Positions 26,916 to 39,651 of a stretch of DNA of 64,000 nt are shown here, piece by piece. Below the pieces are notes generated by a model. That model did not search any database and was not told where the DNA came from. It worked only from the letters and a program-made list of their open reading frames with translations. Position 1 is the stretch's first letter. Each line of letters opens with the position of its first letter. This DNA comes from Nemertoderma westbladi (lineage: Eukaryota; Animalia; Xenacoelomorpha). A program made the translations under genes and the position numbers. The DNA is taken from assembly GCA_032718475.1 (NCBI GenBank), contig JAUCBJ010002800.1:74000-137999 (forward strand), written 5' to 3'.

Positions 26916-28112
26916 GCTGCCATCTCATAAATAATAAGACGGTATAACAATTATTGGTTTTTCAAGCAAAGGCAATGTATACGTTAATGTATAATAATAT
27001 GTTGCTTGGCGTGGGTGGCTGAGGCCTTGGCCTTGGTTGGTTAGTTTCCAGGGTGATTGTTCTAGAATATTAAATTATTTACCTTGAGTGAACCAAACCA
27101 ACCACCCACACAATGCTGAAGCACAGCGGTTGTATCCCAGCCGTCCAGCCCAGCCCGGCTGGCGCCTCCTACAACACAATGCAAGCAGCTCAGCTCAATA
27201 TTGCTTGAAAATTCTCTTGTAAATATTTTCCAACTCAATAAATAATTACACTTGAAATGCACTATAGAGGGGTGGGGAGGTGTTAGCGATGTCGCCAGGC
27301 GATTCTAACTGTTTTTGGGGATCATTTCCTTAAAATATATTTATGATTTCCTGCAACCCATGATATTGCTTTTGCGCCGCTGTGTGCTGTGTGCAAAATC
27401 TCCCACGCGGTGGTGCGAATAGTTTAATATATAATGGGATAAAGTGTCTCGTCTTGCGAGACATTTAATTATAATTACTAAAGTAAATTATCTATATTTG
27501 CAAAGGGTGAGGGTTTAACAGACCATACACCAGAAAAAGAAAATACAAAAAGGAGGAGAACGGGGCAGGTGGTGGGTAAAAGATATTTTATTATAAAATT
27601 AGAATGTGTACGCAATGTATCTGGAAGTCATAAATTAAATTATACGTTATTTTGATTAACAGATTACTGAATCCAGGTACCGTAATGAAAGAATACCAGT
27701 AATCATTTGTTAGACAAAGAGATTCCAGTGCACATCCTAGAGGATGGTATAGGAACTTGTTAATTGTACATGTTTTGCGGTATCATAAAATATATTGGGC
27801 TCAATGCTTTGCAATATTACCCAATACCCATTTTTTATGCTCTATCTCGTGGTGTCGGTTAGAACGCGCGAAAATGAAAATCGATGGTCATTTTTGAAAA
27901 AAATCGGTAGTTATTTCGGTAAATTGCGGCTAATTAACGGAAGGGCTTTTGTGTTGGCAATTTATTATTTTATACAATTGAATATTTGGCTGATGTTAAG
28001 TTCATTAACCCGTTCAATAACAAGTTATTTTGCAAAATTATGGCTAATTTTGGGAAGGGCTTTTGGAATGGAAATCAAATTTAAATGAAAGGTGTTCTTA
28101 GGAGAATTTGAA

Positions 28113-28342
28113 TTAATAACGAGTGCCCTACATAACGGCGCAGTGCACTTAATAACGAGTGCACTACATAACGGCGAAGTGCACTTAATAACTAGTGCCC
28201 TACATAACAGCGCAGTGCACTTAATAACGAGTGCCCTACATAACGGCGCAGTGCACTTCATAACGGCGCAGTGCACTTCATAAAGGTGTAGTGCACTTCA
28301 TAAAGGTGTTAGTAGTGCACTTCATAACGATGCAGTGCACTT
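28113..28342. repeat. 36-bp minisatellite (TAATAACGAGTGCCCTACATAACGGCGCAGTGCACT) decaying into ~19-bp units
   Basis: Four full copies followed by shorter GTGCACTTCATAA units. Confidence 0.9.
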
Positions 28343-28344
28343 AA

Positions 28345-29695
28345 TGTCATATGCTATATTTCATGTTATATGCTATAGTACATGCTTGCGATATGCTATA
28401 TGGTATGGTATATGCTATGCTATATGCTTTATGCTATATGCTATGCTATGCTATATGCTATGCTATATGCTATGCTATATGCTATGCTATATGCTATGCT
28501 ATATGCTATGCTATATGCTATGCTATATGCTATGCTATATGCTATGCTATATGCTATGCTATATGCTATGCTATATGCTATGCTATATGCTATGCTATAT
28601 GCTATGCTATATGCTATGCTATATGCTATGCTAATTGCTATACTATTTGCTATGCTATATGCTATGCTATATGCTTTATGCTATATGCTATGCTATGCTA
28701 TGCTATATGCTATGCTATATGCTATGCTATATGCTATGCTATATGCTATGCTATATGCTATGCTATATGCTATGCTATATGCTATGCTATTTGCTATGCT
28801 ATATGATATGCTATATGTTATAGGCTATGCTATATGCTATATGTCATATGTTATATGTTATGCTATATGCAATGTCATGCTATATGTTATGGTATATGCC
28901 ACGTTATGATATATGCTATGCTATGCTATTATATGTCATATGCTATATGTTAAATGTTATGCTATATGCCATGTTATGTTATATGCTATAGTACATGCTA
29001 AGCTATATGCTCTATGCTATGCTATATGCTATATGCAATATATCATATGCTATGCTATGCTATGTTATGCTATATGCCATATGCTATGTTATGCTATATG
29101 CCATATGCTATGGTACATCCTATGCTATATGCTATATGCAATATATCATATGATATGCTATGTTATGCTATATGCTATGGTACATCCTATGCTATATGCC
29201 ATGCTATGCTATATGTTATGGTATATGCTATGCTATATGATATGATATATGCTATGCTATATGTTATATACTATGTTATATGTTATGCTATATGCCACGT
29301 TATGCATGCTATGCTATGCTATGTTATGCTATGCTATCATATGTTATGTTGTTCTATGCTATGCTATCATATGTTATGTTGTTCTATGCTATGCTATGCT
29401 ATGCTATGCTATGCTATGCTATGCTATGCTATGCTATGCTATGCTATGCTATGCTATGCTATGCTATGCTATGCTATGCTATGCTATGCTATGCTATGCT
29501 ATGCTATGCTATGCTATGCTATGCTATGCTATGTTAAGCTATGCTATGCTATGCTATGCTATGCTATGCTATGCTATGCTATGCTATGCTATGCTATGCT
29601 ATGCTATGCTATGCTATGCTATGCTATGCTATGCTATGCTATGCTATGCTATGCTATGTTAAGCTATGATATGCTATGTTATGCTATGCTATGTT
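28345..29695. repeat. (ATGCT)n / (ATGCTATGCTAT)n microsatellite block
   Basis: Pure 12-mer run at ~28440-28630 and pure 5-mer run at ~29385-29660, with degenerate sequence between. Confidence 0.97.
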
Positions 29696-30590
29696 TGTCA
29701 AAATGACATTTTGACATGTCATTTTGCAAAAATGTCATTTTCAAAATGACATTTTGACATGTCATTTTGCCAAAATGTCACTTTCGAATTGACATTTTGA
29801 CATGTCATTTTGCCAAAATATCAATGTGTCAATATGTCACTTTCAAATTGACAGTTTGACATGTCATTTTGTAAAATGTCACTTTCAAATTGACATTTTG
29901 ACATGTCATTTTGCCAAAATGTCATTTTCAAGTTGACATTTTGACATGTCATTTGCCAAAATGTCAATGTGTCAATATGTCACATTCAAATTGACAGTTT
30001 GACATGTCATTTTGTAAAATGTCACTTTCAAATTGACATTTTGACATGTCATTTTGCCAAAATGTCATTTTCAAGTTGACATTTTGACATGTCATTTGCC
30101 AAAATGTCAATATGTCAATATGCCACTTTCAAATTGACAGTTTGACATGTCATTTTGTCAAAATGTCACTTTCAAATTGACATTTTGACATGTCATTTTC
30201 AAGTTTACATTTTGACATGTAATTTTGCCAAAATGTCACTTTCGAATTGACATTTTCACATGTCATTTTGCCAAAATGTCAATGTGTCAATATGTCACTT
30301 TCAAATTGACAGTTTGACATGTCATTTTGTAAAATGTCACTTTCAAATTGACATTTTGACATGTCATTTTGCCAAAATGTCATTTTCAAGTTGACATTTT
30401 GACATGTCATTTGCCAAAATGTCAATGTGTCAATATGTCACATTCAAATTGACAGTTTGACATGTCATTTTGTAAAATGTCACTTTCAAATTGACATTTT
30501 GACATGTCATTTTGCCAAAATGTCACTTTCAAATTGACATTTTGACATGTCATTTTGCCAAAATGTCATTTTCAAGTTGACATTTTGACA
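29696..30590. repeat. TGACAT/ATGTCA palindromic satellite, left part
   Basis: Short units such as TGACATTTTGACATGTCATTTTGCCAAAATGTCA, with ~143-bp higher-order spacing of TGTCAATATG. Confidence 0.95.
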
Positions 30591-30705
30591 TAAATCATTA
30601 AATAAATTTTACGACATAAACTTACATGATGTTTTCCGCGGCATTGGTAACATTGTTTACCTGAGTAGCAATCCCTCGCTGTATGCCTGGGTTTGAGGCA
30701 AATGA

Positions 30706-32505
30706 CTACTACTACTAGGATCGGCATGCTGCATTGCAGCTGCATTTTTAAGAATGCTGTGCCGGCTTGTCAACAAAATTGCACCGCCACAACTCCCTAT
30801 CACCCATGACATTTGCTAGATCATCCGCATCTTTAAGGCCAGTGTCCTTTAAGATGCGTCTCAAGAAAGTCATGGGCTGTCCACCATGCTTATTCACTCC
30901 ATGAGGCTGCCAAAGTACAAGATTATGCACTGGCTGGTCCTCACGGCGAAAGCAATGTCCTGCAAAGCGGAGGCGATTTTGTTCTAGTGTCAAGCTTGGG
31001 GGAACCAATGAGACACCTCCAATGTTATATAGTGTCTGGTTGGAGATGTGTGCATTGTACTTGACACAATGAACCCGGCGTAGCATTCTTGTGAATGTGC
31101 CATCCAGAGATTTGGTGTCCTCAGCAGTTAGTGCCCAGCATGGACTCCCGTAGAGGAGTACTGGAACTACTGCTGCTCTAAATAATCGGACCTTAAGTTT
31201 CCGATTAATTCTCAGTGACTTCCAAATCCTGGAAAGCCTATTCAAGGCTGCCCATGCCTTTCCCTTACGTATTCGAAGGTCCTCACCTGACTTCCGGATC
31301 CATGATCCCAGGTAACAGAAGTCGTCCACATGCTCAAGCATACCATCCTTTGAGCTTATGCTCATCCGATCAGAGACTTGCTGATGACTTTCAAAGTTAA
31401 CGGTCAGAATTTTGGTCTTTCTGGAGTTAATAAAAAGACCAACACTAGAAGCAGCATGTTCTAATGAGCTGAGGAGCCGTTGGGCTCCGTCTAATGATTC
31501 TGAGAGTACTCCTAAGTCATCAGCAAAGTCTAGATCAGTTAGGTACTTGGCAGGATTTCCTCGACTTCTGGAGCCAGTAGGTGGAGTTATCATCACCCCT
31601 TCATCATTATGACGATCTAAGGACATGCGTAGAACATAGTCAACCACAATAATGAACAAGAATGGTGCAAGTGTGTCTCCTTGGAGGACGCCCCATAACA
31701 CTTCAAATGGTTCTGTGTCACCGTCAACAGTAGACACAAATGTTGTCGAACCATCGTATACTGATCTGATTGCTGCAATAATTTCATCAGGAATCCCATA
31801 TAATGAAAGTATGCTGAACATACGTGAGCGAGAGACTGAATCAAAGGCCTTGAAGAAGTCAACAAAGATAACAGCCAGATGCCTGTCTTTCTTTTTTGAT
31901 AATTCTTCAATTATCCTTCTAAGTGCCAAAATGGGCTCCATGGTCCCACGACCTTTACGGAACCCATTCTGATTTCCACGGAGCAGTCTCTCAATGGGAT
32001 CCCTGATGCGATTTAATAGAATCCTATTGTATAGCTTTGCAGCAATCGAGATCAATGAGATTCCCCGAAAAGAACCATAGAGTGTTAGGTTGCCCTTCTT
32101 GGGAACTGGCACCAACTTATTTGTTTTCATTTCTTGTGGGACTCTTGTTGTTCGGTACATGTCTACTATGATGGGATAGATGAGCTTTAAACACTCAGGT
32201 ATTTTAAAGACCTCAGGGGGAACACCATCTACTCCACTGGCACGATTGGTCTTAATGCTCTTTGCAGCAGCCTTCACTTCTGCAAAGGAGATATCGCCAA
32301 TGGGAATATCTGGGAGTACAGACTCAGACACTTTTACATCTATAAAGTTATCAGGCAATACCCTGTCATTGTTGAGGAGCTTTTCAAAGTGGGCTTTCCA
32401 ACCATTGAGGCGATCGGCTGGTGATTCAGCCTTAACCTTGGTGGTTGGTTGGCTTTTCCGCCCAGTAAGCAGATTGATTGATTTCCATGCTTGGGATGAT
32501 TGCCT
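30706..32505 (-). mobile_element. 5'-truncated RTE-type LINE, copy 2 (intact RT frame, no endonuclease)
   Basis: RT motifs KKGNL..FRGISL, QNGFRKGRGT, VDFFKAFDSV, QGDTLAP and FADD. (TAG)n tail at ~30706-30717. Target-site duplication GCAAATGA at 30698-30705 and 32506-32513. Confidence 0.93.
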
Positions 32506-33693
32506 GCAAATGAAGCATCGGTCATCATTTCGCAGTTGTTGTTTTCTTGAATCAAGATCCGTGTAGGTTGGACACCGTAATGATGAATGATTACCGTTGC
32601 AATATGAACAGAAAACAGCTGATGTTTGATTATTATTGTCGTAGTCAGATCTTGTTACCATCGCCGAAGCTGTAGAGGTAAACTTTGAAGCGTTAGGATT
32701 CCTGTAATTATAATTAGGGGTTGATTGTCTAGCGTAGTTAGATTCACTAATATTACTATTTGTAGCGATATACTCACTGGCCTCCATAGCATCAGCTTTT
32801 CTTCTGATAAAATCTGCAATTTTATCGATTTTGAAACAATCATCAGATTCGGTATGTTCGTGAAATTTCTCTCTGACTGACTCCGGTAACTTACCAAGAA
32901 TTACTTGACATATCATGGCTGAATTTATGTCCGAGATCATTCCAAGTGATTCCAGGGAGCGAATGTGGGGAATCAAATTATCATAAAATGATCGCAAGTC
33001 CTTTAAATGTCGACACACTGGAATATTATAAACTTTATTAAAATGACCTGAAATAATCATACTTTTGCGTCCAAATCTTTCATGGATAATCTGAACAGCT
33101 GTACTGTAATTTTCAGCAGTCACTTCTAGTCCTTCCACTGTCAGTTTGGCTCTGCCTTTAAGAAATTTTTTTAAATATATAAACTTCTCTACAGTTGGGA
33201 TTGCGGTGTTGCTGTCAATAGCACTAGTAAAGGACTGCCAAAACGGTTGAAAGGTTGTGTAATCACCTTCGAAATTTTATATTTCTATTGCGGGAAGTCT
33301 TTTTCTATAGGTTGCTTGTTGCAAAATACGTGTTTCCATATCAGAACTAGTTTTGGGCATTGAAACTTCCGCTTTAGAGATAGTTTTGTCAATATCACTA
33401 TCTCAACAGACTTGTTGCAAACCAGAAATTGCAAGCAATAGTCTGGAATTATATTCATCACTCTGATACAAATCATTTTCAACATCATCATCTTTCAATT
33501 GAAAATGGATTTCTTTGTTTTGACTGTCTAATTGAGCTTTTACATCTGGTATTAGAAGCAACAATTGTTTGCTTCTGGTCAATGATTCTGAAGTTATTTG
33601 ATCGCATGCATGAGCCTCAGCTTCCTTGGCTAACTTAGTAGCCTTGGATCTATAGCGCCCTCTTATTTGTACAAGGCGTGTTAGATCACCCAT
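32506..33693 (-). pseudogene. BEL/Pao gag pseudogene (5' part; 3' remainder at 30591-30705)
   Basis: One reading frame from ATG 33693 with in-frame stops TGA (33403-33405) and TAA (33277-33279). It reads CSYCNGNHSSLRC...CFIC and resumes after the LINE as LKPRHTARDC...CYQCRGKHHVSLC. Confidence 0.85.
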
Positions 33694-33911
33694 GGTGAAT
33701 GATAATCTAATTTGCCAGATAAATAATCTTACTGGGTGTTGTGAAATGTAACCAACGTACCTTTTGAGTTATATCCGAAGAGTTTGATGTGATTTATTCT
33801 TCCGAGAAATCCGATGTAATTAGTGGGTTGTCCGTTGTTGTCGCGCAATTGCATTGAGTTCCGACCGTGAGTTGTCTCCCATCATTTCATCGTCTCCTTT
33901 TCGTAGTTGTA

Positions 33912-33927
33912 CCGGTTCGAAGGACCA
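33912..33927 (-). promoter_or_regulatory. Primer-binding site TGGTCCTTCGAACCGG (tRNA-Tyr-type)
   Basis: Lies 2 nt downstream of the LTR end. It is complementary, with one G:A-type difference, to the usual eukaryotic tRNA-Tyr 3' end CCGGCTCGAAGGACCA. Confidence 0.8.
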
Positions 33928-33929
33928 TT

Positions 33930-34469
33930 TGGTTATTTTAGAGAGATGAAAATATTTAATGACTTTATCGTACAGAATATTTAATACAAGTAACGTCACG
34001 ATTACACCGAAATTATAAAGTTTGGTTATTTGGTTATTTTAGAGAGATGAAAATATTTAATGACTTTATCGTACAGAATATTTAATACAAGTAACGTCAC
34101 GATTACACCGAAATTATAAAGTATGAATTTACCGTAACAATTAGTATATGAATTTAATTGAACGAATGAGCAGGAGATCCAAAATCCTTATAATTAAAAT
34201 GCCATTTAGTAATTAGTTCTGGTTGACCCCTTATACTGCACATACTGTACTAACTACTGTACTGTTAGTATTTGACCCTTTATTCGGCACATACTATTTA
34301 CTGTAAGTACTGTATATCTTGACTAATTAACAGGCACGTATGCTAGTGCTAATTAACCCAATGTAGGTACTGAATAATCGAACTAAATATCAATCTACTG
34401 TACAATTATAGACAAACTTTGTCATAGACTCAATATTGGCGAGTTCAACTGTATAATATAATTACCACA
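33930..34469 (-). repeat. 5' LTR of the truncated BEL/Pao element, with a ~100-bp duplication at its 3' end
   Basis: Minus strand reads TGTGGT...AACCA. The sequence from 33930 recurs from 34031. The PBS is adjacent. Confidence 0.75.
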
Positions 34470-35480
34470 TTTGCCAAAATGTCAATGTATCAATATGTCA
34501 CATTCAAATTGACAGTTTGACATGTCATTTTGTAAAATGTCATTTTCAAATTGACATTTTGACATGTCATTTTGCCAAAATGTCATTTTCAAGTTGACAT
34601 TTTGACATGTCATTTGCCAAAATGTCAATATGTCAATATGCCACTTTCAAATTGACAGTTTGACATGTCATTTTGTCAAAATGTCACTTTCAAATTGACA
34701 TTTTGACATGTCATTTTCAAGTTGACATTTTGACATGTAATTTTGCCAAAATGTCACTTTCGAATTGACATTTTCACATGTCATTTTGCCAAAATGTCAA
34801 TATGTCACTTTCAAATTGAGAGTTTGACATGTCATTTTGTAAAATGTCACTTTCAAATTGACATTTTGACATGTCATTTTGCCAAAATGTCATTTTCAAG
34901 TTGACATTTTGACATGTCATTTGCCAAAATGTCAATGTGTCAATATGTCACATTCAAATTGACAGTTTGACATGTCATTTTGTAAAATGTCACTTTCAAA
35001 TTGACATTTTGACATGTCATTTTGCCAAAATGTCATTTTCAAGTTGACATTTTGACATGTCATTTGCCAAAATGTCAATCGTGTCAATAGGTCACATTCA
35101 AATTGACAGTTTGACATGTCATTTTGTAAAATGTCACTTTCAAATTGACATTTTGACATGTCATTTTGCCAAAATGTCATTTTCAAGTTGACATTTTGAC
35201 ATATCATTTGCCAAAATGTCAATATGTCAATATGCCACTTTCAAATTGACAGTTTGACATGTCATTTTGTCAAAATTTCACTTTCAAATTGACATTTTGA
35301 CATGTCATTTTCAAGTTGACATTTTGACATGTCATTTTGCAAAAATGTCACTTTCGAATTGACATTTTCACATGTCATTTTGCCAAAATGTCAATGTGTC
35401 AATATGTCACTTTCAAATTGACAGTTTGACATGTCATTTTGTCAAAATGTCACTTTCAAATTGACATTTTGACATGTCAT
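34470..35480. repeat. TGACAT/ATGTCA palindromic satellite, right part
   Basis: Same units as 29696-30590. Confidence 0.95.
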
Positions 35481-35490
35481 ATTTTATGAG

Positions 35491-37417
35491 ATTTAAGGTA
35501 TTTTTTCTTGAAAAAGCGAACATAACTTTTCTGAGTCCGTTTCTGTAACATTTAAAGAAAAGTTCACTTGTGATACTTCTTTTAGTGTTAAATTAACAGC
35601 AGATTCCAAATACAGTAACCGTTTTTTCATATGATTTGTAGTTCTCGCGATATTTGGGTTCAAACACAACGTTTTTTGATATTTTACGAAATTTAAGGTA
35701 TTTTTTCTTGAAAAAGCAGACATAACTATTCCCAGTCCGTTTCTGTAACATTTAGAGAAAAGTTAACTTGTGATACTTCTTTTAGTGTTAAATTAACAGC
35801 AGATTCCAAATACAGTAACCGTTTTTACATATGATTTGTAGTTCTCGCGATATTTGGGTTCAAACACAACGTTTTTTGTATTTTACGAAATTTAAGGTAT
35901 TTTTTCTTGAAAAAGCAGACATAACTATTCCAAGTCCGTTTCTGTAACATTTAGAGAAAAGTTAACTTGTGATACTTCTTTTAGTGTCAAATTAACAGCA
36001 GATTCCAAATACAGTAATCGTTTTTACATATGATTTGTAGTTCTCGCGATATTTGGGTTCAAACACAACATTTTTTGATATTTTACGAAATTTAAGGTAT
36101 TTTTTCTTGAAAAAGCAGACATAACTATTCCCAGTCCGTTTCTGTAACATTTAGAGAAAAGTTCACTTGTGATACTTCTTTTAGTGTTAAATTAACAGCA
36201 GATTCCAAATACAGTAACCGTTTTTACATATGATTTGTAGTTCTCGCGATATTTGGGTTCAAACACAACGGTTTTTGATATTTTACGAAATTTAAGGTAT
36301 TTTTTCTTGAAAAAGCAGACATAACTATTCCCAGTCCGTTTCTGTAACATTTAGAGAAAAGTTCACTTGTGATACTTCTTTTAGTGTTAAATTAACAGCA
36401 GATTCCAAATACAGTAACCGTTTTTACATATGATTTGTAGTTCTCGCGATATTTGGGTTCAAACACAACGTTTTTTGATATTTTACGAAATTTAAGGTAT
36501 TTTTTCTTGAAAAAGCAAACATAACTATTCCCAGTCCGTTTCTGTAACATTTAGAGAAAAGTTAACTTGTGATACTTCTTTTAGTGTTAAATTAACAGCA
36601 GATTCCAAATACAGTAACCGTTTTTACATATGATTTGTAGTTCTCGCGATATTTGGGTTCAAACACAACGTTTTTTGTATTTTACGAAATTTAAGGTATT
36701 TTTTCTTGAAAAAGCAGACATAACTATTCCAAGTCCGTTTCTGTAACATTTAGAGAAAAGTTAACTTGTGATACTTCTTTTAGTGTCAAATTAACAGCAG
36801 ATTCCAAATACAGTAATCGTTTTTACATATGATTTGTAGTTCTCGCGATATTTGGGTTCAAACACAACATTTTTTGATATTTTACGAAATTTAAGGTATT
36901 TTTTCTTGAAAAAGCAGACATAACTATTCCCAGTCCGTTTCTGTAACATTTAGAGAAAAGTTCACTTGTGATACTTCTTTTAGTGTTAAATTAACAGCAG
37001 ATTCCAAATACAGTAACCGTTTTTACATATGATTTGTAGTTCTCGCGATATTTGGGTTCAAACACAACGTTTTTTGATATTTTACGAAATTTAAGGTATT
37101 TTTTCTTGAAAAAGCAGACATAACTATTCCCAGTCCGTTTCTGTAACATTTAGAGAAAAGTTCACTTGTGATACTTCTTTTAGTGTTAAATTAACAGCAG
37201 ATTCCAAATACAGTAACCGTTTTTACATATGATTTGTAGTTCTCGCGATATTTGGGTTCAAACACAACGTTTTTTGATATTTTACGAAATTTAAGGTATT
37301 TTTTCTTGAAAAAGCAAACATAACTATTCCCAGTCCGTTTCTGTAACATTTAAAGAAAAGTTAACTTGTGATACTTCTTTTAGTGTTAAATTAACAGCAG
37401 ATTCCAAATACAGTAAC
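35491..37417. repeat. ~200-bp AT-rich tandem repeat, ~9.6 copies
   Basis: TTTAAGGTATTTTTTCTTGAAAAAGC recurs at ~35492, 35692, 35891, 36091, 36291, 36491, 36690, 36890, 37090 and 37290. Confidence 0.97.
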
Positions 37418-37645
37418 ATTAAAAGGTTTTTATTCTTAAATTGTAGATATTGCAACAAAAATTAAAAAAAAATACGATTTGAGGGAATCACAACAAAACT
37501 TTTTAAGTTTAAAACAACCGGTTATGTTAAACATAACGGTAACGTATAACGGCATAACGTTACCAAAAATAACTTCATTTTAATAACAAAATAAACGGAT
37601 AAACAGATGAGTTAACAGCAGTATCAACACCAGATTAGCACAAGA

Positions 37646-38837
37646 TGTTCGCGCTTTCAGACCTTTAGCAGTTTAACCTGCCAAATTGGGATGTCTTTTA
37701 GATAATAGATCGTCTTTAGCCTATGACAAGTATTTGATACACTACATTAGCCGAAGCCAGTCTATGCGCGATCATTCACCCGCTGGATATACCCGGGAGA
37801 CTGGATTCGGAAGCCTAACCGTATTGCGGGGTAGGCCTACTGTATTATTCGACTGATCGTAATATATATAATCTCTGACAAATATTATTCACTTTCTGGA
37901 AATATTAACAGTTCCTTTAGGACGTGGCGCTCTAAATATGTAAACAGAGTTATGACTTAAACTAAACACAACGGGATGGCTATAGATTCACGTATATGGC
38001 GCATTCTTTAGGAGATGCTTTGTTATCAGTCACAATCATACACAATACTGCACAATGCTGCACACTGATCTGCCGACCTTCACTAATTTTAGTCACATAT
38101 AAAGAGAACAACAGACGGTACATGTAGTGCTTATGAAATAGCATTTGATTCACTTCAAACCACTTTAATGTAAGTCGCAATCGTTATATGTAACCGGTCT
38201 CTCTAACCTTCAGTATATCAAGAAGATTGGGGTGTCTGATTATTTATCAGTATTCCAAATATAATATTCCATCAACAGATATAATGAATAACCGACAGTA
38301 AAAAGCAGTAAAATGTTAAGTTAAGTTTGATTGATATGAGATATGAATTGGTTTGTATGATTAGTTAAGTAAGTGAGTTATGATAACAGATATACGTTCT
38401 ATAATTAAGCCTACTAATGTTGGGCTAAAGACTGAAAACACAGAGATTCCAAAAGCCGGTCTTTCTGGGCTCAGGACAAAATGTAAACATTGACCCATAA
38501 TGCATTGCGTGATTTCTCGGAGGTTTCTGTACAAAAAGCCGGAGAATCGCTCTGATTGGTTGACCGAACAAAGAAACACCAGAGAACAAGGGAAAATTTA
38601 CACGTGTACAGCTCAGCTGTTAGCTGTCGTCATAGTAACTACACTGTTTCAAGAGGATCTGGCGTATTGCGTCATAGAATTGCTAATTATGTCCGCTAAA
38701 GTACACATACAGAAGAAATGGCTTTTATGTCCTCTAAAACACCAGTACAGTAAGGACACGGCCTTTTATGCCTGTTAAACCAACTACAGAGTACTTTACG
38801 GGGAAAATAACCGGCCAATTCCGCAAAAGCTTTTACA
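37646..38837 (-). repeat. Candidate 3' LTR of element B
   Basis: On the minus strand a short purine-rich GGGAGCGG precedes TGTAAAAGC..., there is a CCAAT box at ~38555, and the region ends ...GCGCGAACA, similar to the element C LTR end. No second copy is available to confirm it. Confidence 0.35.
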
Positions 38838-38915
38838 CCGCTCCCAGAAAATGGGATTTAAGTCTATAAAATATAACAAATCACAGTTTCTAAAATATAA
38901 AAATACTCTAAACAG

Positions 38916-39054
38916 TTAGTCTTTCTTACGCGGACGGCGTTTACGCAGTTTTTTGAGGCTAGCAAGAGTCCTTTTCTCTTTGGGGCGAGCCACTTTACTA
39001 GGAGGGCTGTAACTCCTGGGTGAAGGGTGCAATACAATTGCATCAGAAGGTTTA
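38916..39054 (-). CDS. Separated C-terminus of the element B exonuclease/zinc-knuckle ORF
   Basis: Joining across the TSD restores ...HNPK-PSDAIVLHPSPRSYSPPSKVARPKEKRTLASLKKLRKRRPRKKD* in frame. Confidence 0.85.
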
Positions 39055-39585
39055 TGTTAGCTTATCCAATCCCGCTAACACCCCATAAAGTTGTAAGCCG
39101 ATAAGCAATATTGGGAGCCACGAGATTGGGCAATTAACCAACTCGTGCCATCCCAATAAGAGTGGGAAGGAAGCACACAATAGAGGGTCAGGGGCCAAAC
39201 CCCTAACCCAGAGAGAACAGGTGGAGTGAACGGGAACACTCCACGGGGCGCCAACAAGGGTAACAACCAATCAGAGGGGGGCAAGGCATCGATTGAGTAG
39301 AGCAATAAGGCCACCGTGCAATATAACCAGTAACACAATGTCAGTAATTCAGTTATCTCAGTGCAGTGTAGGTTAGTTAGTTTAGATAGGGGAGCACGGG
39401 ACTTTAGTTACCGTATCCCGCCTTCCATAATTATACTACAGTCATCATATCTATATCTTATACCCATCAATTATTATACACCGAATATCAGAACTCATTC
39501 ACTATTTCCGTTTACTCTTTATACACGGCGGGGACGCGTAAACTAAACACCGGATAAATCGGGATCCCTCCTGGATCCTGTCACA
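39055..39585 (+). repeat. 5' LTR of element A
   Basis: TGTTAGCTTATCC...GGATCCTGTCACA; direct repeat of 49659-50190. Confidence 0.97.
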
Positions 39586-39651
39586 GTAACTAAAACCAGC
39601 TGCCGCCCCAGATAAAACTCAACCACTAGCCACCGAAATCTGCAGAAGAGG

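Larger units (their letters stand above)
30591..34469 (-). mobile_element. Truncated BEL/Pao element (one LTR, PBS and gag only), inserted in the satellite and interrupted by a LINE
   Basis: LTR 33930-34469 and PBS 33912-33927. gag from ATG 33693 has DUF1759-like FEGDYTTFQPFWQSF...EKFIYL...NYSTAVQIIHERFG and Pao-type triple zinc knuckles, split by the LINE. No pol or second LTR is visible. Confidence 0.88.

Noticed and set aside
28335-29706. MLCYA-repeat ORFs
   Set aside because: Microsatellite translations.
30748-33138. A new retroelement class with Gag fused to a LINE RT
   Set aside because: The TSD, (TAG)n tail, resumed gag knuckle and a separate copy of the same LINE at 25310-26540 show it is a nested insertion.
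39052-39546. Short ORFs duplicated at 49632-50162
   Set aside because: Incidental frames within the two LTR copies.
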